Shown: positions 26,781 through 40,907, counted from the whole stretch's first letter. The stretch is DNA of 63,992 nucleotides, filler included, from Basidiobolus ranarum (GCA_040143965.1; 8 parts of 8 records of this genome joined end to end with filler, not necessarily neighbours in it); one strand, 5' to 3'. The notes: a model not told the origin generated them from the sequence alone. Program-made: numbers and translations.

Positions 26781-29036
26781 AGTATCACCGATGTACCTGT
26801 CGTTTCCAGGAGCAGATTGACGTGAACCCGAATTATATAGTGTTCTGAAAGAATATTTCAGGAGACTGACATTTCATCCTCGTGTCAGGAGTTGCTAAAA
26901 TAATTCCATTCTATTCTGGACTGTCTAAATTTATTTACCCCTATAAATGAGAGTTGTATATCAAATAGGGACCATATGCATCCGGAAACTCCATACTACC
27001 AGTGTTGCCTAAGCACCCCAAAACCCTAGCCCCGGCGTTAACACTAGAGTGTAATAGCGTAGTTGCTACAGGGATAGCCTTGCTAGTACAATGCTTACCT
27101 TTGCTACATAATGAGATCGTAGTCTATTCAAGATACAACGACGCCTCTGCGCCTCTAAGGATTGTCTATTTCGTACTTTCTACGCACCTAGTTTCACCTG
27201 GTTGAATCAAAACTGTCAGCGGAGAGTGTCAAAGTTTTTGTTTCATCGAAATTTTGCTAGAAACCGGAATTAGTCCACCCATAGCGGGATGCTTAGATTA
27301 AAACTGGCTAGTTAAAGATGATATTCAATAAAGATTGGGTTTCAATGGTTCTTAATCAATGCCCCTTGATAATCATGAATATTCTTCAAATGGTGTCAGT
27401 ATCTCATCTATAATGAGGGGATTTTCAACACCAATGGTGGTGGTCATTAATCAATAAATGAGCATGCATTGTTGATTGTGATCTTATTAGGAACCTGTGT
27501 AGCACACGCTAAAGCTGCGGGCCTCAGATTGAATTCTCAGCTGGAAATCCCTCACACATCCCATAGGCTTCCAGAGAGTGAAGACGGCTCAGATCAGGTT
27601 TGTGATGCAAATTGGTTATATCCAATGTATTATCTGCCGGTGGATTAGCTAGAAACTTGTGCATTCATTTTCCATGTGTTGCACTAGCTCAAGCCAAATA
27701 GGGCGCAGCGAGAACGTAGACCAAAACAATTGCAAGTCAGCCTCAATTCTTCGAGAGTCCTTCTGTGAGTGGGGCCATACTCCTCTGACGAACCTGGTAG
27801 TATCTTGGAGTGGAAAGCCCTCCAACAATTCGAAGGAGTGGCAATCGTCGATTCGTGAGAAGTTGCTTCTTCAAAAAGGATCCTATTGTATATTATATTC
27901 AACTCAGATAAAGAAGCATATTCTCTAAATCAAATCTATCCTTATTTGGTAAAGGTTCTTTAAACTCTCACATTATCGCACCAATCAATGCGGCAGAACA
28001 AGGTCAAAACAAGGTCAGTATTTAATGCAATAGACTTTCTGAGTTTCAGTTTTGTGAGCTTAGTGGGTTTGGTCAATAGAGATCATCTACTGGCACCTCT
28101 GGTGCAAATGTTGTGACACTTTATGCCGCACACACCCTAATCATCATAGGTTTTGCTGCACATTGGAAAACGCTACAAAATTTAAACCTTGTTTAGCTTG
28201 AATACTGTCTGACAACTCTAGACCTGTATCACTAAGCTCGCTTGATATATGGCAAAGACAGCTAATTGATGGTTGCACACTCAGTTTCACTTCCATTTCA
28301 ATACCTCGATATCGTAAGACTGATATTCTACTTTTCTCCGAATAATATTCCGTAGACATACCATTGGGCCTGGTTTTACAAGGATCGAAATTACTGTAGT
28401 GTAACATGATGCTATAGTAGAAGGACGACAAATAGCAGCTTGGAAACTACCACGAGAGGATACAAGCTTGGCTTGCACCGTAATCCTGATGTCAATGAGG
28501 AATTTATGACCCTCAGTTATTACTAAATATCTTCCTTTCATGTGACTTGGTAAAGTCGAAAAACAACTGTATAATCAGAAATATAATCGATAAGGGTCTG
28601 CATCACTAACCTGCTCACCGGATGACGAGCTAGTCACAAGTGATGTGCGTTCTAGTCCATGAGCAACCTTTTTTAGCTTGGGAATAAATGGCTGGTATGA
28701 CAGCAGTTTGGTCCGACTACAAGATAACAGAATTAATGCCCAAAGCAGCCAAGCTTCGGCATAAAGCGGGGATGTTTGATTTGTGTTTAATAATTAGATA
28801 ATAAAAAGAGAAGAAATCTTAGAGACAAGCAAATGGCACGTGTTGTGCGATTAATTACGGAGATCTTTGGGTGTAAATAGGTACCAGAATAAGGCTGCTT
28901 ATTTGAAAACGAAATTAACACATAAAGTGAATGTACATTTAAATCATACTACGGAGGAGACAACCGAGAGGATGAAGCTAAAACGAATTGAGTGAAGCGC
29001 TAAGTTGAATGGTCAATGAATAGAGATCCTTGAGTT

Positions 29037-32000
29037 TCAATAAAACTGGCTAATCTCTTCACTATCCAAAAGGCCAATTTGTGCCACGGTCAAGTCAATC
29101 TCATTTAGCATATTCTGTGATGTAATTAAGGTGGTTAATGAGGCTTCCAAAAGAAAAGGTGAAATTTGCATATATACTCAATATGCAGAATACGTGAATG
29201 TAATTTACTACCTTGATAACCAGGTTTCTATCTGAATGATGCAGATTCATTTTCAAAATGTTGTACAGCTTGACCCTTAACTCATCTAGTTCTTCTACAT
29301 TAAACTCCTCTGTCTTTTCTATTATATGTTTCTCCAATAGTACCAATGTTGATGGATCCCAGATAACTTGTTTACACTGGATATCTTCGTCCATTTTCTC
29401 ATCTGATATGTTTTGCTCTTTACTTGGCTCTGGAGATAATGATACACGGTCAGGTACCGTTGAGGGTAGCGGTGATGGCAAAAGTGATGGTGATGTAGTT
29501 TCTTCATTCCCTACTTCCTTCATAAGCGTCTCAACATTGGAACCACTTGGTGGTGTACCTGCGGGAGTAAGAGCCCCCACAGGATTGTTGGTATCGGTGA
29601 CGCTCTTAATATCACTTCTACCATCATCCACTTGGCAAGGTGTGCCTGATTTACCGAGAGGACTCTTGCGAATTTCGGAGTCAGCAGGGGTTTCGTGATA
29701 GTACCTTGACGCACTTTGCTCGGCCTCCTCAATTAGTTCCGGGTCTATGCGCTCAATCATTGCATAAGCTACATCTTCCAAAGATTTCGCCTGGATGTTA
29801 CAAAAAGGAACACTGTTAGTTATGGATATATTATGTTACATGATATTAGAAGCCTACCCGGTAAAAGTTCTTTCCCTGATCGTAAGCACCAAAATAAAGT
29901 TCAGTGTTCCTACAATTAAATCTATATCCCTTAAATATTCTTTTACTGTGCGGTATTGACCCAAATTTATCTTTTCCATGATAGTAGAGAGATCCATGGG
30001 CTCAGAAACTTTGAAATAATAATCTGGGTACTCCTCAGGATCCTAGAGGTAGATGAGATTGTTAGTCAGCACTACGGAATAACGATAGTATCCTACAAGA
30101 GGACTGGCTACATACCACTGATTTGAAAAATATCTTATATTTGCGTTCTTTGAATAGTTCCTCCGTGACTGAGCGGAGAGATATTCTAAGTTCCCGGAAG
30201 ACGTGCTCATCATGCTCCTTCAGCAAACTCCGCTCTTCCTCCGTAGGCTCTCTAGGTGCTGGTTTGGGGGCCAAAGGGAGTGGGGGAATAGGCTCTGACA
30301 CAATTGGCTCGGTGAATCTAGGTGACTTCGTAATGTCCTGTATTAACGTCTTGAAGAAAAGTTCACGGCTTTGTTTGGAGGGCATACGTAAGTTAACATT
30401 CTTCCTATGAGCAAAATCGGACATTCGTAATAACTCTGATGGAAGGCTACTAAGCGGACTATCACATGTTGCTATAAAAATAATAGGGTCATACGGATTG
30501 ATGTCCTTTAATAGACTGAAAAACGTGTTGCGCATCGAATCAGTAATCGAACGCCACCAATGGTCGATACTAGGAACATAAACAACACAAGGCTTATGTC
30601 TCTTGACTTCGTGGAATAAATGGACACACTTTGTTTCTGGAGTACCCGATTCATCACCGAACAAGCTGGCGGTGTCAAAACTGTACACATGAAAATCCTC
30701 CAGATAATTAAGAATAGCCGGCCCCAAGTACGCTTGACCCATACCTGATTCCCCGGAGATTAAAAGACGTGGACGGTAGTGTTCTTCGTCATTAAGCTCT
30801 CCAAGCATCAAGACTCCTGTATCGGTCGATGTCCTGGGATTCTTTTTGCCTTTCAGATTTTTTATCAATGGCTCTAGAATCTGAAGGATGTTTTCCCAAG
30901 CATTGGTAAGTAACGGTTTTATAGCAGTTGGAAGAGGGTTCACTTGCAAAGGAGACGAGCGTTGTGAACAGGGAATAGTGGTCTTTATAGCTTCCAAGAA
31001 ATCAGCAGCAGTGATTTCAATATTTTTTGGCTCAATCAAAAGTTTTTCGTCACTATCATAAATTTGTGGATACCTCCTTCGTATAGCTTTTAACGCAGCT
31101 TCGGTGGATAAGGCTTTTAAATCCGCCCCGCCATACCCTTTGGTCATTACAGCCAAACGATCTTTAAGTTCCTCCGATATTGGTGGATTCCATTTTTTTG
31201 TATTGATATCTATTATGGTTCTTCTGGCCACCTGATTTGGCAACGAAAAATAAAACTCTCTATCAAACCGACCTGGTCTACGAAGTGCTGGATCGATGGC
31301 ATCAATTCTATTCGTGGCTCCAATCACCACAACTTGTCCACGATTATCTAAGCCATCCATTAACGCCAATAGAGTGGAGACAATAGAGGAGTGTACCTGC
31401 TCTTGCTTACTCGACCGAACTGGGGCCAGTCCATCTATCTCATCGAAAAATATTATGCTGGGCTGCCAAGCTTTAGCCTCCTCAAATAGAAGTCGAAGTT
31501 GTCGCTCAGCTTCACCGACCCATTTACTCAGACAATCAGCACCCTTACGCATGAAAAAAGCGACCTTTTGAGATTCCGTAGAGCAGCTGTTGGCCAATGC
31601 ACGAGCTACTAGAGTTTTACCAGTCCCTGGCGGGCCATAAAACAGAACTCCTCTTGGGGGAGTAATACTGAATTGAGTATAGATTTCAGGGTAAAGTAGA
31701 TGTAATAGCACCATTTCCTTAAGTGACTGAATATGTGAGTCCAAACCACCAATTGAACTGAAACCAACTTCCTCATTAACTGCAACTGGATCGATGTCGG
31801 CCAAGTTCGCAGTTCCCGAGCTAACTCCCTTTCCTTTGCGTAGTAACCCTCTTCCTCTACCATTCAATTGTCTTGCATTAAGAGGCATAATCCGTTCCGA
31901 TTCTTCCTCTTCTGATGCTCCACCCTTATTCGAAAGCATGTGACCGAAATTTCGCTTCTTCTGGGAATGGGTAAAATTCTCCAAGTGACGCAGCCGGTTG

Positions 32001-32216
32001 TATTGCTCTTCGAGTTGAGCAAGTTTAATAATATCTCGAGCCGAATCGGGACCATAAGAGCTATGTCGGTTATTTCGTAAATTGTATGGACGCGAGTTTC
32101 CGACCGAATTTGTCGGATCTCGACCCTGCTGATAAAAATAATAAAGCCTTAAAGTAAGCATGATTTACTAAATGAAATAAACTTGTTGAATAATTCGATA
32201 AACCTACCGACATTAC
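29037..32216 (-). CDS. YTA7: ATAD2/Yta7-like AAA+ ATPase with bromodomain, multi-exon, 5' partial
   Basis: [54 protein letters not shown], second [16 protein letters not shown], and bromodomain exon [19 protein letters not shown]. Last exon 29037-29099. Confidence 0.93.
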
Positions 32217-32316
32217 NNNNNNNNNNNNNNNNNNNNNNNNNNNNNNNNNNNNNNNNNNNNTTAATTAATTAANNNNNNNNNNNNNNNNNNNNNNNNNNNN
32301 NNNNNNNNNNNNNNNN
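32217..32316. other. Artificial contig spacer
   Basis: N44-TTAATTAATTAA-N44. Confidence 0.98.
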
Positions 32317-32907
32317 GTGCTTGAGGAGTATTTTCAAAAGTATGAAGGGAAAAATGCAGTGCAAGTATGCAGAAAGTGGCTTCAGAAGAAGAACATTCAG
32401 CTTGACATTCAGTCTGGTGTTGACCATGCAGATATCTGGGAAGAACTTAATACAGAGTGGCACAATATTGCAGGGTATCCGCCAGATAGCTGGAAGAATG
32501 TTGATTCAGCAATGTTAATACAATGGTGGGCTTTGATGGAGATATTGAAACAAACTCATGCTGTATATAAGCTAAACCTTAGGTATGAAGAATTCTATAA
32601 AAATATTCAGCAGAATATATCAAAGAAACTAGGAATTTAAAAGGTGACAAATTAGAGTTTAAGTTGTAAGTGTGTAAAATTTCAGTTATATTTTTTGCAC
32701 ATGTGTTCATCCATAGTTTGCTAAGATTGTAGCCAATCATGTGAAACTATTTTGCAAGATCTTGAAATTTCACTCCTGAAACTGAAAAAATTGATTAAAA
32801 TCAAATATAAATTGACAATTTTATGACGGTAAGTAAATGGTCAATCCCAAATGGATTAAAGTTGTCATGGTTTTCCTACAATAACAATTCTCAGATTTCT
32901 GTTAGGG
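32317..32907 (+). repeat. Unclassified dispersed repeat, copy C, with an open 107-codon ORF end
   Basis: Reverse-complement homolog of copies A and B. ORF 32317-32640 is open. The copy ends CTGTTAGGG directly against copia RNase H sequence. Confidence 0.88.
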
Positions 32908-33484
32908 CAAAGTTGTATTAAATTAGCAATGAATCTCATGCTTAATGTTAAAAGCAAATATATAAATAATAAACATCAATTTATCAGAGAAACTATAGCA
33001 ATTAAGTTTATTACCTTGACTTATTACTCTACAGGAGACATGACTGCTGATATATCCCCCAAATCATTAGCTTGACAGAAATTTGAGGGATTTTGACCAT
33101 CCTGGGGATTAAATATATGACCATTTAGTTGAGAGAATGTGTTAAAATTAGCATTGTCCAAACACCAACATGGTCATACATAACTTAATGCTTAGTTTTC
33201 TTATAGTTCACCAAGATGTTGTTCACTATCAACAATTGCAATTTACTTAAAATATTTCAACCAACTTACAAGTTTTCAGATATATTCTTTATTAAAACTT
33301 GTGCTACAAGCCCCAAAATTTGCACACATGGTCCTGCAATATACCTTAACACACTCTACATGCTGGCTTGTTAAAACCGTGAAAAACTTTAATTCCCAGC
33401 TTTCAACTCAATAAATCACCAAGTGAAAATCCCCAATTTCTCAAATTCTCCAAACCACTTTCAACAGCCTCCCAAAGTCCAACT
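32908..33484 (+). mobile_element. 3' end of a Ty1/copia element: RNase H remnant, PPT and 3' LTR (about 33140-33484)
   Basis: QSCIKLA...KSKYI..KHQFIRE and DMTADI..KSLA.QKFEGF, then purine-rich TTGAGAGAA, then TGTTAAAATTAGC starting the repeat seen elsewhere. Confidence 0.8.
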
Positions 33485-34972
33485 TGATGCTACTGTTTTG
33501 GGTCTCTGACAGCTTTCTGCCAATTTGATCAGGAATCAATCCAGGTTATCATAATTAATTTTCTTTAGTGAATTACAATTGATTACACATATGCACATAT
33601 GTGACAAGTTGGATACAAGTCTAGAATAACAATATGCCTTGGCAATAAACTAAAGAAGGAAAAATTACTTGACATCTACTATTTAGAATAAAATCGACAC
33701 TTGGCAAATAACTGGAACTTGCTAGTACTGATAATTAGAATAAGCTCCTTGATTGGTGCAAAATATTGTAGAAAGATATACAATAAGAGGCTTTGTTTAT
33801 ATGACCTTTTTAACTACTTTGGGAATATCACTATAGTTGCATAGGGTCTGCGTTTTAGAATACATCTTGACACCTAATAGTTAGTTGTAGTTGAGTGACC
33901 AGGATAGTTTAACACTCACAATCTTTATAAACCATAGGCACCTTTTGATCTTACAAATGCTTCTTTTTTAGGCCATAATCTGGATGTGCTAACAAAGCGA
34001 GGAACATAAAATTATTTAGCTTCAAAGCTATTCACAAAGCTGTACTTCAAGCCATAGTCCACGTTATTTGCGAAAACAGAGTGCAAACATATCTACTTCT
34101 GCTAAAAAGAAGCAACCGAAGAATACTTTCTAGGTTTGCTTTTACTGGTATTTTAGCACGGTGAAAAACTTCAGTGCATTAATCCACTACGAAAATTAAA
34201 CATTGCGCTGAACATGCCACTTTTCTGTAATATACTTGCTTTATTTTCTAGAGATTACTGACTATGCCAGTTTGATTATTAAGACATGTTGGAACATATT
34301 CGTTCAATACCATTGGAGCAGTCAGAATACTACAACTCTTACTAGCACATATGTGATAGATACGTCTGATAAATATTAGCGGTCGAATGTTGAACACGGG
34401 GATTGGGACAACAAGAGTGTGCTCTCAGAAGCTCAGTATATAGCGATACTAAGTATAGGATTTTTATGACCCAAAGAGTAACTGCTTACAAATGACTGTT
34501 TGGAATCATTATTCCTCTAATTTGCTCCACTGACATGGATGATCATTGCGATGATAGTAACCCTATCTAACCAATTGATAATAAAAATTACAGGATGGGT
34601 AACCAGTATTATAAAACCAACTAATCTAGCGGAAATTCATGTATTTTTGGTTAGTTTCAGATAGAGTCATAAGATCATAGTAAACATAGACTCGTAGCAA
34701 TTGGTGTGGATTAGTAATGTATACTATGTTATGACATTGCCAACGAATTTACATATCTAGTTGGCTTCACCACTATCTTGATCAATGTCACGTATGACAA
34801 GAATGATAACCGATGCAGATTTATTTCTACCTACTCACTTGGTCCAATGGGATTAGCGCCTTCACTTCTCCTGTACAAGCAGAGTCCTTCTCCATCACAT
34901 CCGCAGACATATAAAAGGGTATGAAAAGATTGGGTATGGTCAAAGAACTTCATCACTCAGCCAGACTATCAA

Positions 34973-35449
34973 ATGTTGACAACTAACGCACTGATTTACT
35001 TGGTACTAATCACAGTAACAAGTAGTATAAGAATCTCAGAAGCTGTTCAACTGGGAGACTCACCAAAACAGTGGGATGTATCAAAGACAACGTTATCTGA
35101 GGGACCCAAAATGATGCAACCTACTACCCTAATTCTCATTATCGTTGGAGTTCTTCTTGTTGTTCTATCTATTGCTGTTCTATATGGCCGTTATTTATGG
35201 AGTAGATATAGCAACTCACGTGAATTGGATAGACGGGTCAATCTAACGCTGAAAAACATCGCCAACGGAGATTCACATGCGGAAGTGTTGCCTCTTTACT
35301 CAAGCAACAGTTCGCAGACCAACCTCACACCTCCGATGATCCAGATAATCACGCAGCATATGAGTGCGCTAGAACTGGCAATAAACAAGGATGAGAATGT
35401 GGAGTGGATTACCCCACCACCCCCCTGCTATACAAAGTACTCCAACTAA
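34973..35449 (+). CDS. Small type I membrane protein with cytosolic PY motifs
   Basis: 158-aa ORF with a signal-like N-terminus, one TM helix (LILIIVGVLLVVLSIAVLY), LPLY and PPCY motifs. TATA-like TATAAAAG at about 34910. Confidence 0.7.
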   Translation: MLTTNALIYLVLITVTSSIRISEAVQLGDSPKQWDVSKTTLSEGPKMMQPTTLILIIVGVLLVVLSIAVLYGRYLWSRYSNSRELDRRVNLTLKNIANGDSHAEVLPLYSSNSSQTNLTPPMIQIITQHMSALELAINKDENVEWITPPPPCYTKYSN

Positions 35450-37982
35450 GAATAAGCTTATCTTAGCGCAATAAGGACACTGATTTCAAGCTTCCGGCGT
35501 GATACCCTACTTTCGCCATATAATTGAACCATTAACTAAAAGCGTAGAAAATCTTGTATAGTACAAACGAAAAGCTAAAATCCTGTTTATATGTCAATCT
35601 CACCCCCAGTATCATTAGCCCCATATTATAAATAAATTCACTAACTTGCATAGTACACATAACCAATGTCAATTGATCTACCATAGCTACATATATATTC
35701 TGAACATTCTTTAAGATTGTGTATATTCACTAGAGATTAAGGTTTAGAGTGGAGATCAATCTACAAGAGTCTTCATCGAGTAAACAACTAAGATACGTCC
35801 CATTACAAATACAATACCAGAGAAGTGGTCAACGGATTGGATCAATTACCTATTAACTCGAATTTTAACCAATAAGGTGGGACAGAAAATTGCGGACTAG
35901 ATACCTGATAGGGGCTGTGTTATATTGGAAGATTTGCACTGCAATTGATGGTGCACGGTTGATTTGCAGGATAGGATACATTTCAGTCACACTACTCAAT
36001 TTGGATTTACCTTTGTATCACTGAAAAGCATACCGTATATATACTATATGGGAAAGGCGCTGATGATTCACCAGCGGAAAATTAATTCAAAGCCTGATCC
36101 TCTATGGCAACTAAGATGCTCAATCGAACTCAATTCTCTTGAGCGCAATACTAACAACAGAGAGTCCCTTAGAGCCATTGTAGATTGCCTGATGTATTGT
36201 CTACACAGAACACGGAAATTCTCGGAACAATGAAAGCCCATGCTTTCTATGTCTCTTGCAAAATGCATAGCCACATACATGTTTCGAAATGAAATGAACA
36301 ATCTCTGGAGTTCGTTAGTGTTTTATGAAGACAAGAAGAATTCCCACGAGTAAGGTAGCATTACTAATGGGTAAATAACCATGCTGTTGTCATTTCTATT
36401 GCTGAAATATTTATTCTGTATATACAATACTTTTGAACCAATCAATATGGAACTCCGCTTATCTCATTCTGAATCTGGTTAGCTTTTTTGGGTTTGTTGC
36501 GTCCTGGTTCTTTCATCAGCTTGGAGGTGGAGTATAGGTTAGGTAGTACAATGGTAGGAATGAAAGCACTTAGTGAATCCAATCAAGGGGAGCATGCTGA
36601 AAACATCGGTATATCAAATACAGCTAGAGTTATCCAAGCCATACCATTCGCGGTAGATCTTAATCAGGAGAGATCAGCGAGATACAATCAACTAATTTGA
36701 TCTTAGCACAATTTATCTTCATTTCTTAGCGCAAAATCCATCTGTTCACAGCATAACGCTTATTAGTAATTATCTCCAATTACATATTACATCATAGAGC
36801 TGGTCACTAGCGGCATTCGATTAGTAATATTTATCTGTGCTTAATTCTGATCTCCACGAGGTGGCTAAGTGTGTAATGTTTACTGCAGGTTCGTGGTACG
36901 TTGTACTACCTGGTATAGTACTGAATGGTTGGCAGTTTCTGAATTCTTTACTATAACTTGTTCCATGTATAAAGTCAGCTTCATCGACAAGCTCAGAACA
37001 CATTGTGAGCTGAGAGTAGCAATACCTGGAGAGAATATCAACTTGCATATCTGTGCTGCACTATAGCCATTCTGGATGCCGATTACGAGACCAGACTGGC
37101 TTGTTAAACACACAATAATTAGCAGAACAATATGGGAGGAGTTTGCGTAGTGGTTCATAGTAGCGAGTCACCACCTGATGCATCTTCCGATTTTGGAATA
37201 CATACTACTTTCATTAAAGGTCAACAGTTGTATTACAATTCTTATAATCTAAATTTCGCTAGTTATTTGCTTGGTATATCTTGATCATAAGTACAGATTA
37301 GTGTTAATTCTTCTTTTTTGCTTTTTCTTTTCCAAGCCGGATTTTACTCATAATAATATATGAGTTAGGAATCTGAAAGTTGGATTCAAACCACTCTAGT
37401 GCTATCAATATTCATGTTGTGGTTACAAGAATATCATTGCAGTGCTGTTTCCGCATAAAGCATCACATATATATTATGCAATTTGAGAATTGTGAAAGAT
37501 GCATATGAGCGCGGCTAGCGTATGGTATGTCTACAGTGAATGTCTGGAAGCTATCATACATGTGATAACGCTGATTGTGTTGACGATATCAAACCTGGGT
37601 ACATTTTGTTACATATCCCTCAATATGCGAAGATTGGCTTAAATGTAAGCAATTACAACGGTTCTTTTGTGTCTCGCGGCAGACAATGTATGATCAGGAT
37701 TCCGGTAGTGCAGAATAGTTAGTGTTGATACTATAGAGGTAATGGACCACCTATTTAATTATTATATTGGACATATTTACTGCTCATCTCTCGTATATTA
37801 AAATCAATCAAGATAGGAAATCTAGTTGAGTACATCCTAGAGATGACAACAAAGAATTATGCTTTCAAACCGATTGAACAATCTTCGACTCTCTAAGCGC
37901 TTACTTGTATAATCATATTGCTAGCCTTCTTCGTTTCCACTTGAAATAAAAAAGGAAAATCCAAAACCTCTTATTTTCTCAG

Positions 37983-38318
37983 TGTTTTAGGAGTTTGTTA
38001 TAAGTGGTTTTGAGAACTAGAAAAATGGATGGCTTCCACTCAATGATTTTATGAGTAGAAAACTAATATTTATAGCTTTGCTGAGAGATAATCAATACAA
38101 ACATGTAGAACACAATAGGGAAGGTTCCAGGAATATGTGTGCACAGTTTGGGTCTTCTAGCATAAGTTTGAACTGTCTATATATTGGAGAACTCCCAGGT
38201 TGGTAAAACTATTTCAATAAATTGTGTTTGAGAATAGTGGGTGATATTCCAGTGAGATGTAGAATAACCAAAAACTAACCATTATAAAACTAGATAAGTG
38301 CTCAGGCTATTCTCATCT
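37983..38318 (-). mobile_element. Diverged copia LTR copy (approximate ends)
   Basis: Similar by eye to 42702-43047, e.g. CCAGGAATATGTGTGCACAGTTTGGGTCTTCTAGCA. Confidence 0.7.
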
Positions 38319-39149
38319 CATCATTAAGTCATATATATTCAAGCCAATACAGTCACCATATGTAGGCACCATTTGTTGGCTATCTTAGACCCATCCTTAG
38401 AAGACTGTTATAGAATTTTTCATTAGAGTCAAATAATAGACAAGCTGGCTTTTATGGTTTACATGATTCTCCTATTAATACTATTGTGGAAGATAAAATC
38501 AAGGAGAGTGGTAAAACCTGCAAAGGCAAAAGTTGCTCCTCAACTTACATAATAGCTATCACAATATATTTCAATATTGCAGATGATACTAAGAACAACT
38601 AAGGATTGAGAATGTTGGATTTGAGACTACAAGGTCATTCAATTTAGTCCTAGATTATTTTTCTTCAGTATGGATTGAATTCACTTTCAATATTACTTCT
38701 CAGTGACATTCATATTCAGCTAAATACTTTAACTTAGAAAAATCATATATAATTTGTTGACAGGAAATGGTCAATTTAAGTACAGCAAATACTTTCTTTG
38801 TAGTTGTTGGAAGAACTTGACATAAGGGGGGTAAACTGTGTGAATTAGAGGCAACCTATGATAGGATTTAGTTACTCTATTCTCAAGTGAATAGAATGCC
38901 TTATTTGGTAATGAAGCAAATCCCTTCTCTAAAATATTCATAAGTATGTGTGATAAAATATTGTAGGTAAGTGGGGATAATAAGCCATACAGGCTATAAG
39001 TATAGTGGGGTATTCATAGTTAAAGTATAGGGGCTCTGAAATCATGCTTCATGTATCTGCTACATGCACCATAACTCAAATCAAACAAGATGTTGAATGA
39101 AGATTAATTTTCTATCATCTTCCCTTCTTTCTTATTCAGCATTGTATCT

Positions 39150-39400
39150 ATATTCACTTTGTGAAAGTAGAAGTCTTGAGTGGCTTTGTTAGTATAGAAG
39201 CAAGTACATTTTCAGTATCTTAATTAATCCATTTCACTTGTTTGCCTCAAACTTTCTCTTGAATAAATTGATGTTTCATGTCCATATATTTAATCCTCAA
39301 GCTATGTTTAATATTTTTGGTAATCTGAATACAGCTTATATTATCATGACATAAGTCATGATTCTGAACTTAGCATACTCATCTACTGCAAATGGATTTC
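39150..39400 (-). mobile_element. Ty1/copia RNase H remnant within a CpG-depleted TE mosaic
   Basis: CHDNISCIQITKN, RIKYMDMKHQFIQE and LTKPL on the minus strand. Confidence 0.65.
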
Positions 39401-40279
39401 TTCTGTAAATAGACTGTTACATCATACCTGTTGTGCCACTCTTTCTTGGCAATCTTGTGCTAGCTCATCCAGGTCACCTTATATAGAAGTCATGTTCTTT
39501 GGGACATTTAATGAAACCTAACCAACCTTATCATCCCAGAAATAGCATGTTTCCACCAACACCTTCCATGGAAGGTTGCCAGATCATCCTTACATCATTC
39601 CCATTGGTATTGGTCCTTGTAGTCCCAAATACCCTGACACTTGAACTTGCCACAGTATAATCCCTATTCACTATGTTATATTTCATCCTGCTATATCTAC
39701 ATAAGCTCCCTGTTTTCCTTGATCAGTCCTCAGTCCAATCAATGCCATTTATCAACATTGATTCTTGCTGAAGTATCTTCCCTGTCCAGTCATGTCTTTT
39801 CTTGCCTTGTGGTCTACATCTAAGTACCCTCCTGCTTTTTAGCCTCTTGCCTCCGTTTCAAGTCCTTGTCCAGTTCCTTATTCTCATAGTTTGATCAGAC
39901 TACTTACACTTTCCTGTAGACCTCTCTGTATTCCTGTTCTCCAATCTTGAAACCCCCCAAGGTTGGCTTCCCTCTTATTACCTACCTTTCCCTAGCTTTG
40001 CTGCTAAGGCTAAGCTATCTTCCACTTTTGAATAATTGCTCTGAGTGCATCCTTGTTAAGACCCTACTGGTTGAGCTTACAGTTGTTTTTGATTAAGGAA
40101 GCTTTAGTTTTAGAGCAAAATCAAAGGACATTGATACCAGCATATTCTTTTGTCAAGGTGCCAATCATTTCTTCAACAGAAAGTTAGATATTGAATTATG
40201 ATTATCATTACTACAGAAACTGGTCACTTTAACCCTTGGGGGCGGGGGGGGGTGGGGGGGGGGGTGGGGGGGGGGGGGG

Positions 40280-40379
40280 NNNNNNNNNNNNNNNNNNNNN
40301 NNNNNNNNNNNNNNNNNNNNNNNTTAATTAATTAANNNNNNNNNNNNNNNNNNNNNNNNNNNNNNNNNNNNNNNNNNNN
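40280..40379. other. Artificial contig spacer
   Basis: N44-TTAATTAATTAA-N44. Confidence 0.98.
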
Positions 40380-40907
40380 CAAGATTCGCTAGACTCCATG
40401 ATTTGCTCCACTAGAAATGCTTTGAAATATTTGAACTTGAGTGGAATTCGACTTAACGAGCAGATTATTCACGTTGTCGCCACCCATTGCAAGAGTCTAC
40501 GAAACCTACGGCTTCAAACATTCAGCACGCTGGTTGATAATACAAGTCTATGTCCCTTGTTTAAAGCAATTGGTAGTCAACTTCAATTTCTAGACTTAAG
40601 AGGCCGGATAATGAATAGCAAGATGTGCAAAGAAATTGCTAAAGACTGCCCGAATCTACGAGCTTTTAGTTTTTGTAACAATTCGAAACTTCACGATGAG
40701 GACATACTAAACTTGTTGGTTCTACGACCGAACCTTCAAATTATCAACCTTCATTGCCCGAAATGCTTTTTTGTCAAAGGGGGACTCACAAGTGGGCTGA
40801 TCAATCAGATTCGCGAGCATGGAATCTACGGAGATACCTGGTGGTATCAGGAGTCAGATCGGGATTACATAGCACCTTACCATAAGCTTGCTGGAATGCT
40901 AGATTAG
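40380..40907 (+). CDS. C-terminal part of an RNI-like/F-box LRR protein, 5' partial
   Basis: Cys-containing LRR repeats LKYLNLSG, CKSLRNLRL, LQFLDLRG, CPNLRAFSF and PNLQIINL. Confidence 0.75.
   Translation, partial: QDSLDSMICSTRNALKYLNLSGIRLNEQIIHVVATHCKSLRNLRLQTFSTLVDNTSLCPLFKAIGSQLQFLDLRGRIMNSKMCKEIAKDCPNLRAFSFCNNSKLHDEDILNLLVLRPNLQIINLHCPKCFFVKGGLTSGLINQIREHGIYGDTWWYQESDRDYIAPYHKLAGMLD

Noticed and set aside
28412-28463. Possible third U12 intron (minus strand, GTATCCTCT...TAG) in an exon-like region 27400-28650
   Set aside because: The donor and branch site are imperfect, it is only 52 nt, and there is no recognisable host reading frame.
36480-37158. Small secreted Cys-rich gene on the minus strand
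   Set aside because: It has a signal-like start, but the frames break and no family motif is recognisable. Support is insufficient.
40237-40279. Poly-G tract as a G-quadruplex element
   Set aside because: It sits at a contig end and may be a sequencing or assembly artefact, so it cannot be trusted.
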